Shown piece after piece: positions 10,816 through 18,383 of a stretch of DNA of 64,000 bases (position 1 is the stretch's first letter; each line of letters begins with the position of its first letter). Under the pieces are notes generated by a model. It ran no database searches. It had not been told where the DNA came from and saw only the letters and a program-made list of their open reading frames with translations. Position numbers and translations under genes: made by a program. The stretch spans positions 26,693 to 90,692 of the forward strand of contig PNMF01000001.1 of NCBI GenBank assembly GCA_013823485.1. The letters run 5' to 3'. Source of the stretch: Comamonadaceae bacterium (GTDB lineage: Bacteria > Pseudomonadota > Gammaproteobacteria > Burkholderiales > Burkholderiaceae_C).

Positions 10816-11106
10816 ATGCGCCCCTCCCAAGCCCTTGCCCTGCACCGCTCGCAGATCCGCGAGATCGCCCTGCGCCACCGCGTGTCTGGCGTGAGCGTGT
10901 TCGGCTCTGCACTTCATGGCGACGACACCGATGGCAGCGATCTGGACCTGCTGGTGGACCCCACGCCGGCTACCACGTTGCTGGACATTGGCGCCATTCG
11001 CCATGAGCTGAAGGCGCTGCTGGGCATGGAGGTGGATGTCCTGACGCCGAATGGCCTGCCCGCCAGCTTCCGCGAACAGGTGCTGCGCGAGGCCGTGCGG
11101 CTGTGA
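10816..11106 (+). CDS. minimal nucleotidyltransferase (MNT/MntA-type antitoxin)
   Basis: VFGSALHGDDTDGSDLDLLVD (GS-x10-DxD); 4-nt overlap with the downstream HEPN gene. Confidence 0.9.
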   Translation: MRPSQALALHRSQIREIALRHRVSGVSVFGSALHGDDTDGSDLDLLVDPTPATTLLDIGAIRHELKALLGMEVDVLTPNGLPASFREQVLREAVRL

Positions 11107-11456
11107 CCCGGAACAAGCCGCTGCGCACAGCGGACTACCTTGGTCACATCAGCGGTGCCATCGACAACATCCAGAGCTACACGGCGGGCATGGATGCGGC
11201 CGGGTTCAAGGCCGACCGTAAAACGCAGGACGCGGTGATCCGCAACCTGGAGATCATCGGAGAGGCCTGCAACAACGTGGTCAAACACGACCCGGCCTTC
11301 GCCCAACAGCATCCGCAGGTGCCATGGGGCTTCGCCTACGAAATGCGCAATGCACTGGCGCACGGCTATTTCACGGTCGATCTGGACATCGTTTGGGCGA
11401 CGGTGAATGCGGATCTGCCTGGCCTGAGAGCGCAGTTGGAAGCACTCAGGAAATAG
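11103..11456 (+). CDS. HEPN/DUF86 RNase toxin (HepT-type)
   Basis: DAVIRNLEIIGEA and RNALAHGY (Rx4H plus adjacent Tyr); GTG start. Confidence 0.9.
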   Translation: MTRNKPLRTADYLGHISGAIDNIQSYTAGMDAAGFKADRKTQDAVIRNLEIIGEACNNVVKHDPAFAQQHPQVPWGFAYEMRNALAHGYFTVDLDIVWATVNADLPGLRAQLEALRK

Positions 11457-11547
11457 GCAGGCTACCGCCAGGCGAATGGGTTTCCGCAAAAGATGCCGGG
11501 CTAGAAAGTATTGAACACGTTAAAAGCCCAGCGCTCCACTCCCGCCC

Positions 11548-11733
11548 ATAAACCTCACCGACATCGGTCAACTCGTGCATGCCAGGCGGGAGGTGCTGGG
11601 CCTTTCGCAGGCTCGGCTGGCGCGGCTGGGCGAGGCGCCGTTGTCGCTGATCGTGGCCGGTTTGGCGGAAGTGGTCGAACGCACCCACACATCGCCCAAG
11701 ACGCTGTGGAAGCACTTGGCGGCCTGGGCCTGA
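11548..11733 (+). pseudogene. degenerate XRE-family HTH gene (ATA in place of start, internal deletion)
   Basis: Hand translation: (I)NLTDIGQLVHARREVLGLSQARLARL|GEAPLSLIVAGLAEVVERTHTSPKTLWKHLAAWA*. The first two XRE helices are present and the recognition helix is missing. Confidence 0.6.
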
Positions 11734-11778
11734 CAAGGACGTCGACATCTTCGTGCGCCGTGCGTATAGCTTAACAAA

Positions 11779-11826
11779 TGTTTCTCAAACTTGACATTAG
11801 TTGATTAATGATCAGAATGAGAAACA
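11779..11826 (+). promoter_or_regulatory. sigma70 promoter flanked by an inverted-repeat operator
   Basis: TTGACA (11791-11796), 16 nt, CAGAAT (11813-11818); perfect inverted arms TGTTTCTCA (11779-11787) and TGAGAAACA (11818-11826). Confidence 0.7.
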
Positions 11827-11827
11827 A

Positions 11828-12343
11828 ATGTCGACCCAACCGTGCATCCCAGTCATTCAAAGTGCCGCCCAGCTACAAGCCCTGGGAGCACAGTTGCGAG
11901 CCCGCCGCAAGGCGCTGAAGGTGAGCAGCACGGCGGCCGCAGAGGCCGCCGGCATGTCGCGGGTGACGCTGCACCGCATCGAGAAGGGGGAACCTTCCGT
12001 GACGGCAGGTGCCTGGGCCAATGCCATGGCGGTGTTGGGCCTGTCGCTGGCGGCCCTCGACGCCGAAGACGCCAGCGCCACGAATACCGGAGGTCTCCCT
12101 GACACGGATCTGTCCCAGTGGATACCGGTCCGCGTGCGGCTGGCGGACTATCCGCAGCTCCGGGCGCTGGCCTGGCAGGTGCACGGCACCGACACGCTCA
12201 CGCCCGTGGAGGCGCTGGGCATCTACGAACGCAATGCGCGCCATCTGGACACGGCTGCGATGACACCCGCCGAACAGGCACTGTTGCAGGCCTTGCGGGC
12301 CGGGCTGGGCGGCGCTGCGGTCATGGACACACCCGATGTTTGA
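11828..12343 (+). CDS. XRE-family HTH protein, putative type IV antitoxin
   Basis: LGAQLRARRKALKVSSTAAAEAAGMSRVTLHRIEKGEPSV HTH; C-terminal YPQLRALAW...YERN; overlaps the AbiEii gene. Confidence 0.85.
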   Translation: MSTQPCIPVIQSAAQLQALGAQLRARRKALKVSSTAAAEAAGMSRVTLHRIEKGEPSVTAGAWANAMAVLGLSLAALDAEDASATNTGGLPDTDLSQWIPVRVRLADYPQLRALAWQVHGTDTLTPVEALGIYERNARHLDTAAMTPAEQALLQALRAGLGGAAVMDTPDV

Positions 12344-13046
12344 GCGCCCCCACCACCAGCGCATTGCGCATGTGCTGGGCGCGCTGGATGGCGACGTCTT
12401 GCGCCGATACGGCTGCCTGTTCGGCGGGGGCACCTGCATCGCCCTGCGCTACGGCGAATACCGCGAGTCGGTGGACATGGACTTTCTGGTGTCCGACGCC
12501 ACAGGCTACCGGGAACTCCGCGGCCTGGTCACCGGGCCTGCGGGCCTCAACGCGTTGGTCCGACCGGGAGCTCAGCCGCTGACGCAGCTGCGCGAAGTGC
12601 GGGCCGATCAGTACGGCGTGCGCACGGTGGTGCTGATGGACAGTCAGGCGATAAAGTTTGAAATCGTCCGCGAGGCACGGATCACTCTGGAGGAGGCCGG
12701 ACCTGACGATGTGCTCTGTGGCATCGGCACGCTGACGCGGCTCGATCTGGCCTCCTCCAAGCTGCTGGCCAACGCTGATCGCCAGGCGGACGACGGTGTG
12801 TTCAGCCGCGATGTGATCGACCTGGCCATGATGGACCTGCGCCTGCCCGCGCTGCGCGCTGCACTGGCCAAGGCCACAGAGGCGTACGGGCCGGCTGTGG
12901 CACGCGATCTGGCGAAAGCAATTGATCGACTGCAGGAGCGCCCTGGCTGGCTGGAGCGGTGCATGCAGGTCATGGCCATGACGCTGCCGAAGGCGGTGGT
13001 CTGGCAGAAGATCCGGGCTTTGCGCAGGGTGTTGAAGGCCGAGTGA
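12336..13046 (+). CDS. AbiEii/AbiGii-family nucleotidyltransferase toxin
   Basis: FGGGTCIALRYGEYRESVDMDF (GGT, RxSxDxD), IKFEI, SKLLANADR and RDVIDL motifs. Confidence 0.88.
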   Translation: MFERPHHQRIAHVLGALDGDVLRRYGCLFGGGTCIALRYGEYRESVDMDFLVSDATGYRELRGLVTGPAGLNALVRPGAQPLTQLREVRADQYGVRTVVLMDSQAIKFEIVREARITLEEAGPDDVLCGIGTLTRLDLASSKLLANADRQADDGVFSRDVIDLAMMDLRLPALRAALAKATEAYGPAVARDLAKAIDRLQERPGWLERCMQVMAMTLPKAVVWQKIRALRRVLKAE

Positions 13047-13662
13047 TTCTTGAGTCACCGGTGCTGACCTCCACCACCCCCCGCAGCCCCCGCACCACAT
13101 CCCCCAGCCCCATCCCCGGGCTCCCCTGCTCCGGCAGCCACGGCACATGCACGAACCCACCGCGCGTGCCGCGCAGTTCCGGCTCGGTGGCCAAGGCGTG
13201 CATGAGCCGGTAGAACACGTGGTTGCACACAAAGGTGCCGGCGCTGTTGGAAACCTCGGCCGCCAGGCCTTGTGCGCGCAGTTCGGTCACCACGGCCAGC
13301 AGTGGCAGGCTGCTGAAGTAGGCGGTGGGTGCGCCGGGTTCGATGGGCTGTTCGCGCGGTTGATGGCCGGCGTTGTCGGGGATGCTGGCGTCGTCCAGAT
13401 TGATGGCGACGCGTTCGATGTGCACGCCCTGGCGGCCACCGGCCTGGCCCACGCACACCACCAGCGCGGGGCGGTGCTGCCGCAGCGCAGCGTGCAGCAC
13501 CTGCCACGCATTGCCAAACACGGTGGGCAGCTCCAGCGCCTGCACCCGGTGGCCGGCCAGCGTGGTGCCGTGCAGGGCCTGCACCGCCTCGCTGCTGGGG
13601 TTGCGGGTGGCGCCGCCGAAGGGGTCGAACCCGGTCAGCAGGACGGTGGGCACCGCGTTCAT
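12970..13662 (-). CDS. pcp: pyroglutamyl-peptidase I
   Basis: VLLTGFDPFGG, IERVAIN (Glu), AGTFVCN (Cys), GFVHVP (His). ATG overlaps the tapT stop; the 3' end overlaps abiEii by 77 nt. Confidence 0.9.
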   Translation of the reverse strand: MNAVPTVLLTGFDPFGGATRNPSSEAVQALHGTTLAGHRVQALELPTVFGNAWQVLHAALRQHRPALVVCVGQAGGRQGVHIERVAINLDDASIPDNAGHQPREQPIEPGAPTAYFSSLPLLAVVTELRAQGLAAEVSNSAGTFVCNHVFYRLMHALATEPELRGTRGGFVHVPWLPEQGSPGMGLGDVVRGLRGVVEVSTGDSRITRPSTPCAKPGSSARPPPSAASWP

Positions 13663-14393
13663 GAACCGAGTTGCGCGTGCGCCTCGCTGCCGGTGTCCGG
13701 CGGCTGGTTCTGGCGGCAGCGCAGGTAGTGGTGGCTGAACACCTGCAGCCAGGCCGACAGCGCCGATGCAGCGGCTTCGTCGCCGGCCATGTGCAGGCAC
13801 ATGGCGGCCACCTCGGCGGTGCAGAAATGGTGGTCGAACTGCGAGCGCCGCAGCCGGTAGGTGGAGGCGTGGCCGGGGTCCAGGCTGAGCACCGGCAGCG
13901 TCTGCAGGTGCGGGCTCTTGCGGAACATCTTGCGGGCCTCGGTCCAGGTGCCGTCGAGCAGCACGAACAGCGGGCGCGGGCCGGTGGCGGGTGCACCGGG
14001 CACCGGCACCGGGGTCAGGCCCGAGAGGTCGCTGACCACCCGCTCGGGCTCCACCAGATCGCCGGGGAACACCACCACCGGCTGCCAGGCCGGGTCGGCC
14101 AACAGAGCGACAAAACCGGGGTCGGGCTGGGTGCGCGACCAGCCGAAGGCAAAGGTGTCGGGCACCACGTCGGCGATCAGCCAGCCGGTGTTGCTGGGCT
14201 TGAGGGATTCGATGTCGCCCATGAGCAGGCACATGCCGGACCGGGTGGGCACGCTGGGTCGCCATTCGCAGACGCAGTGGCTGGCGGGCAGGCGGCAGCG
14301 TTCGCACCGCACCAGGCTGGAACCCCGGGCGTTGAAGGGTTTGGTGCTGGCGGCCAGTCGGGTCTGGCGCAGGCGGGCAACGGCATGGGTCAT
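13659..14393 (-). CDS. tapT: DTW-domain tRNA-uridine aminocarboxypropyltransferase (YfiP/TapT)
   Basis: CERC...CVC, KPSNTG, LLDGTWTEARKM, YRLR and CTAE motifs. Confidence 0.9.
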   Translation of the reverse strand: MTHAVARLRQTRLAASTKPFNARGSSLVRCERCRLPASHCVCEWRPSVPTRSGMCLLMGDIESLKPSNTGWLIADVVPDTFAFGWSRTQPDPGFVALLADPAWQPVVVFPGDLVEPERVVSDLSGLTPVPVPGAPATGPRPLFVLLDGTWTEARKMFRKSPHLQTLPVLSLDPGHASTYRLRRSQFDHHFCTAEVAAMCLHMAGDEAAASALSAWLQVFSHHYLRCRQNQPPDTGSEAHAQLGS

Positions 14394-14516
14394 GGCCGCG
14401 ATGGTACGGGCTGGGCACCGCTCGGCGGACCAACCCCTACCCCCATGGGTTAAGAATCAAGTGGATAGAGAACAATCAGACTTTCGATAGAAGTTTCCCC
14501 CGCCCAGGAGAACGAC

Positions 14517-14846
14517 ATGTCCACTCCGCACCCGCCCGCCCCGCCGGAACCGGCCGCACCGGAACGCCCCTCGGCCACGCTGGTGCGCCTGCGGCCGGCG
14601 CTGCAGGCGGTGGTGCAGCAGCACGGCGCCACCGCCTTGCGGGCTTTTGGTGCGGTGGCCCGGGGCGAGGACGCACCCGGTACCGAGATCGATCTGCTGG
14701 TGGATCACCCCGACGGCGCGTTCGACCCGACCCCGCTGCGCGAGGCACTGGAGGGCCTGATCGGCGTGCGGGTGGATCTGGTCGCGTTGCCGCCGGTGGC
14801 GGGTCCGGTGCGGGAGCAGCTGCTGGCCCGCTCGATGCCGCTCTAG
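14517..14846 (+). CDS. orphan minimal nucleotidyltransferase-like protein with altered motif
   Basis: LRAFGAVARGEDAPGTEIDLLVD...LEGLIGVRVDLV; AGGAG RBS; no HEPN partner adjacent. Confidence 0.75.
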   Translation: MSTPHPPAPPEPAAPERPSATLVRLRPALQAVVQQHGATALRAFGAVARGEDAPGTEIDLLVDHPDGAFDPTPLREALEGLIGVRVDLVALPPVAGPVREQLLARSMPL

Positions 14847-15523
14847 CCGCAGATCTGCCGGATGAGCCCGGCCCGGTCCTGCTGCCAGCGCTCCTGCAGG
14901 CGCTGGCCGATGGGCAGGTCGGGGATCTCGCGGAACAGCGACCGCGGGCCGGCCCCCGCTTCATCGACCACGGCATACCGGTAGCGCACGCCTTGCGACA
15001 CCTGCTGGCTGCCGGTGCTCAGGGTGTAGGTCTCGCGGTAACGGGTACCCAGCAGCTGCAGATGCCCCACATGCACCGCCTGCACGGCCTGCACCGCCGC
15101 ACCATGGGATGCCGGCACGCACAGCACCAGCCGCGGCCAGGCCACGTGCCGGCCGAGGTGGGCGGGCGGCCCGATCTGGCTCACCACATAGGCACCGGGC
15201 GGCACCTTGAGCCGGAACGCGCCGGTGGCCGCATCGACTTGCGGGAACACATACGGGTTGCCGTCTTCCATGCGCAGCGCGATCAGGTTGGGGGCACCCC
15301 AGCGCGGGGCGCTGCCGTAGGGCGCCATCGGCTCGCCGTCGATGATGTAGTTCATGCGCCCGCTGATCACGGTGAACTCGGGCGTGGACACGTCCTGCGG
15401 GCCGGCCGACCGGATCCAGCTCATGGCGCAGCCTTGCAACAGCATCAGCAGCACCAGCAGGCCCAGGGCGCAGATCACCCGGATGACACGGTCGGGGGTA
15501 GGCAGAGCAGGCAGGTTACGCAT
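14843..15523 (-). CDS. hypothetical lipoprotein
   Basis: 3' half of the 14843..16333 frame; hydrophobic stretch ending in lipobox-like LLQGC; start uncertain. Confidence 0.6.
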   Translation of the reverse strand: MRNLPALPTPDRVIRVICALGLLVLLMLLQGCAMSWIRSAGPQDVSTPEFTVISGRMNYIIDGEPMAPYGSAPRWGAPNLIALRMEDGNPYVFPQVDAATGAFRLKVPPGAYVVSQIGPPAHLGRHVAWPRLVLCVPASHGAAVQAVQAVHVGHLQLLGTRYRETYTLSTGSQQVSQGVRYRYAVVDEAGAGPRSLFREIPDLPIGQRLQERWQQDRAGLIRQICG

Positions 15524-15550
15524 GGCCCGCATTCTCGCCAGAATCGGCGC

Positions 15551-16171
15551 ATGACCGAACCCCTGCCTTTCAGCCCTGCCGCCGACCGCAACCGCCAACC
15601 CATCCTGGAACAACTGCTGCGCCTGCTGCCGGCGCAGGGGCATCTGCTGGAGGTGGCTTCGGGCACCGGGCAACATGCCGAACACATGGCCCCCGCCCTG
15701 CCCGGCTGGCGCTGGCAACCGACCGACTTCATGGCCGACGCCTTGCCCGGCATCGCGGCACGCACCGCGCACCTGGCCTCGGTGCAGCCGGCGGTGCAGC
15801 TCGACGTCACGGCCCCGCAATGGGGCACACCAACCCCCTGGCTGGCCTGCTTCGATGCGGTGTACTGCGCCAACCTGCTGCACATTGCGCCGTGGTCGGC
15901 CTGCGCCGGGCTGATGCAGGGCAGCGCCCGCGTGCTGCGACCCGGCGGCCTGTTGCTGACCTACGGGCCCTACCTGGAAGAAGGCGTGGAGACCTCGCCC
16001 GGCAACCTGGCCTTCGACCAGAGCCTGCGTGCGCGCGACCCTGCGTGGGGCCTGCGCTGGCTGCACCAGGTGGCACAGCAGGCCGAAGCGGCCGGGCTGC
16101 AACTGGCGCAACGCATCGCCATGCCAGCCAACAACCTGCTGCTGGTCTGGCAGGCCGCGCCGGGCCGGTAA
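15551..16171 (+). CDS. DUF938 family SAM-dependent methyltransferase
   Basis: SPAADRNRQPI, LEVASGTGQH, WQPTD, NLLHIAPW, YGPY and MPANN motifs. Confidence 0.9.
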   Translation: MTEPLPFSPAADRNRQPILEQLLRLLPAQGHLLEVASGTGQHAEHMAPALPGWRWQPTDFMADALPGIAARTAHLASVQPAVQLDVTAPQWGTPTPWLACFDAVYCANLLHIAPWSACAGLMQGSARVLRPGGLLLTYGPYLEEGVETSPGNLAFDQSLRARDPAWGLRWLHQVAQQAEAAGLQLAQRIAMPANNLLLVWQAAPGR

Positions 16172-16274
16172 CAGCGGGCCGGCGCTCTTTGCGCCGGCGG
16201 CGCACGCCATTGACACGACCGAAACACGGCGCCGCGAGCATGAAGGCTCCTCAACACCCCACAGGAGACCCGCC

Positions 16275-16700
16275 ATGAAGTTCCGCCAGATCATGACCAC
16301 GGTGATGGCTGCCAGCACCCTCGGCATGGGCACGCTGGCCCTGGCCGATGACGACCGCCGCGGCCACCGCCAGGACCACCGCTACGAACATCGCCATGAC
16401 AGCCGCCACGATCGCTGGGACGACCGCCGCGATGACCGCCGTGACTGGCGCCGCGACCACCGGCCGGACGTGCGCATCGTCCACCAGCACAACCACATCT
16501 ACCGCAACGGCCCGCGCTGGCACAAGGGCCAGTACCTGCCGCGCCATGTGGTGCAGCAGCGCCATGTGGTGATCGATCACCGCCACCACCGCCAGCTGTA
16601 CGCCCCGCCGCGGGGCCACCAGTGGGTGAGCGTGGATGGCGAGTTCCTGCTGGTGGCGGTGGCCACCGGGCTGATCGCCCACGCCATCTTCAGCCGCTGA
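16275..16700 (+). CDS. RcnB family periplasmic protein
   Basis: AGGAG RBS, signal peptide, DDRR/His-rich linker, WHKGQYLP...LYAPPRGHQWV..DGEFLLVAVATGLI. Confidence 0.85.
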   Translation: MKFRQIMTTVMAASTLGMGTLALADDDRRGHRQDHRYEHRHDSRHDRWDDRRDDRRDWRRDHRPDVRIVHQHNHIYRNGPRWHKGQYLPRHVVQQRHVVIDHRHHRQLYAPPRGHQWVSVDGEFLLVAVATGLIAHAIFSR

Positions 16701-16723
16701 TGCGGGCCTGCGGCTGACGCAGC

Positions 16724-17668
16724 TCAGCGTTTGCGGCGGCCGCCGGAGGGGCTGTTCGGGCGGTCGCCACGGGCCTTCTGCCGCTGTGCATCGGCGGCCT
16801 CGCCGGCCACCAGCCAGCGCCCGAACTGCTCCGGCGTCTCCAGGGTGATGCGGCCCATGTGGCCCTGTCGGAAGTCGGCAATCACCAGCTCGGCGGCCTT
16901 GGTCAGGTTGACCTTGCCCCCGGCCACCAGCGCCCCGCGCTGCCGCCCGATCGATTCCATCAGCACCTCGGCATGGGCCTCGGCCAGGGCGGCCGGGTTC
17001 AGGCCGAAGCGGTAGCGCTCCTCCAGCAGCACCGGGTAGGCCAGCTTGAGCAGGTCGAGCAGGTCCAGCGCGACGGATTCGTCGTCGTAGGCATTGCGGC
17101 CCACCGCGCCGCTGGCGGCCAGCAGGGTGCCGCTTTCGGGCACCACGATGCGGGGCCAGAGCACGCCGGGCGTGTCGAACAGGTAGCAATCGTCGGCCAG
17201 GGCCACGCGCTGCTCGTTGCGGGTCACGCCGGCTTCGTCGCCGGTCTTGGTGGCGCGCTTGCCCATGAGGGTGTTGATGAGCGTGCTCTTGCCCACGTTC
17301 GGAATGCCGCAGATCAGCACCCGCAGCGGCTTGACCATGCCGCCGCGCAACGGCGCGAGTTCGCGGCATTCGGCCACCAGCGCGCGGGCCGGCGAGGTGT
17401 GGCTGGCGTCCAGCGGAATGGCGCGCGTGCCGGGCTGGGCACGGTAGTGGGCCAGCCACTGCTCGGTGCGGGCCGGGTCGGCCATGTCCTGCTTGTTGAG
17501 CACCTTCAGGGTGGGCTTGTGGCCGGTCAGGTCGGCCAGCAGCGGGTTGGCACTGGACCCGGGCAGGCGCGCGTCGAGCATTTCGATCACGACATCGATG
17601 GCCTTCACCCGCTCCGCAATCGCCTTGCGGGTGAGGTGCATGTGACCGGGGAACCACTGGATGCTCAT
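16724..17668 (-). CDS. rbgA: ribosome biogenesis GTPase YlqF/RbgA
   Basis: MSIQWFPGHM, LDARLP, NKQD, GIPNVGKS, DTPGVLWP (circularly permuted GTPase). Confidence 0.93.
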   Translation of the reverse strand: MSIQWFPGHMHLTRKAIAERVKAIDVVIEMLDARLPGSSANPLLADLTGHKPTLKVLNKQDMADPARTEQWLAHYRAQPGTRAIPLDASHTSPARALVAECRELAPLRGGMVKPLRVLICGIPNVGKSTLINTLMGKRATKTGDEAGVTRNEQRVALADDCYLFDTPGVLWPRIVVPESGTLLAASGAVGRNAYDDESVALDLLDLLKLAYPVLLEERYRFGLNPAALAEAHAEVLMESIGRQRGALVAGGKVNLTKAAELVIADFRQGHMGRITLETPEQFGRWLVAGEAADAQRQKARGDRPNSPSGGRRKR

Positions 17669-17785
17669 GGGGGCGGCAGGTGAAACAAAGGCGGCATTGT
17701 GCCCTGAGCGCCTCGGTGTAAGCCCCGAGCGCCGGCCACGGGGGCGCTGCCTAGAATGGCCCGCATCCCCTCTGCAGAGAACCAC

Positions 17786-18268
17786 ATGAGCATCACCGTC
17801 AAGATCGATCTGGGTTATGAATTTGCGGTCAAGTCCGCCGCTGCCGATGTGTTTGCGGTGCTGTCCGACGTGCCGGAATCGGTCGGCCACTTTCCCAAGG
17901 TGGAACAGCTGGTCGACATGGGCGGCGGCACATACCGATGGGAGATGGAGAAGGTGGGCACCGCGCAGGTCAACATCCAGACGGTGTATGCCAGCAAGTA
18001 CACCAGCAAGTTCGACGCCGCCAAAGGCACCGGCACCGTCAAGTGGACGCCGGTCAAGGGCGTGGGCAACGCCCTGGTGGGCGGTCACTGGAAGATCGTC
18101 GGCGAGGGCAAGACCACCTCGCTCGAACTGGCCATCGAAGGCACGGTGGAGGTGCCGCTACCCGGCCTGATGAAGATGGTGGTGGCCCCGGTGGTGGAGG
18201 CCGAGTTCGAAAAGCTGGTCGACAAGTACATCGCCAACCTGATCAAGCGCTTCGGCGGCGAAGCCTGA
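17786..18268 (+). CDS. SRPBCC/CoxG-like START-fold protein
   Basis: VFAVLSDVPESVGHFPKVEQL N-terminus, about 160 aa, C-terminal amphipathic helix; strongly host-like codon usage. Confidence 0.75.
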   Translation: MSITVKIDLGYEFAVKSAAADVFAVLSDVPESVGHFPKVEQLVDMGGGTYRWEMEKVGTAQVNIQTVYASKYTSKFDAAKGTGTVKWTPVKGVGNALVGGHWKIVGEGKTTSLELAIEGTVEVPLPGLMKMVVAPVVEAEFEKLVDKYIANLIKRFGGEA

Positions 18269-18285
18269 TCGGCCCTGGGTCACAG

Positions 18286-18320
18286 TTGTCCCCGGAAAGT
18301 GGGGACAAGGGTGTGAATAA
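18286..18320. promoter_or_regulatory. cluster of DnaA-box-like motifs with an inverted repeat
   Basis: TTGTCCCCG (18286), TGGGGACAA (18300) and TGTGAATAA (18312; reverse complement TTATTCACA matches TTATNCACA). Confidence 0.45.
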
Positions 18321-18383
18321 GTCCGGGTCAGCCGTGTACGGCGGCGGCAAGTGCCTGTGGCACAAGGGACTTTTCTGGGTTGC

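Noticed and set aside
11511-11777. 87-aa (+) and 69-aa (-) ORFs in the islet spacer
   Set aside because: No motifs; the informative frame is the XRE pseudogene at 11548-11733.
10761-13060. TA islet as an integrative or transposable element
   Set aside because: No integrase, transposase, terminal inverted repeats, target duplication or tRNA site could be found, so it is reported as an islet only.
16724-17668. RbgA/YlqF in a proteobacterium as an anomaly
   Set aside because: Absent from E. coli but known in many other proteobacteria; codon usage is host-like.
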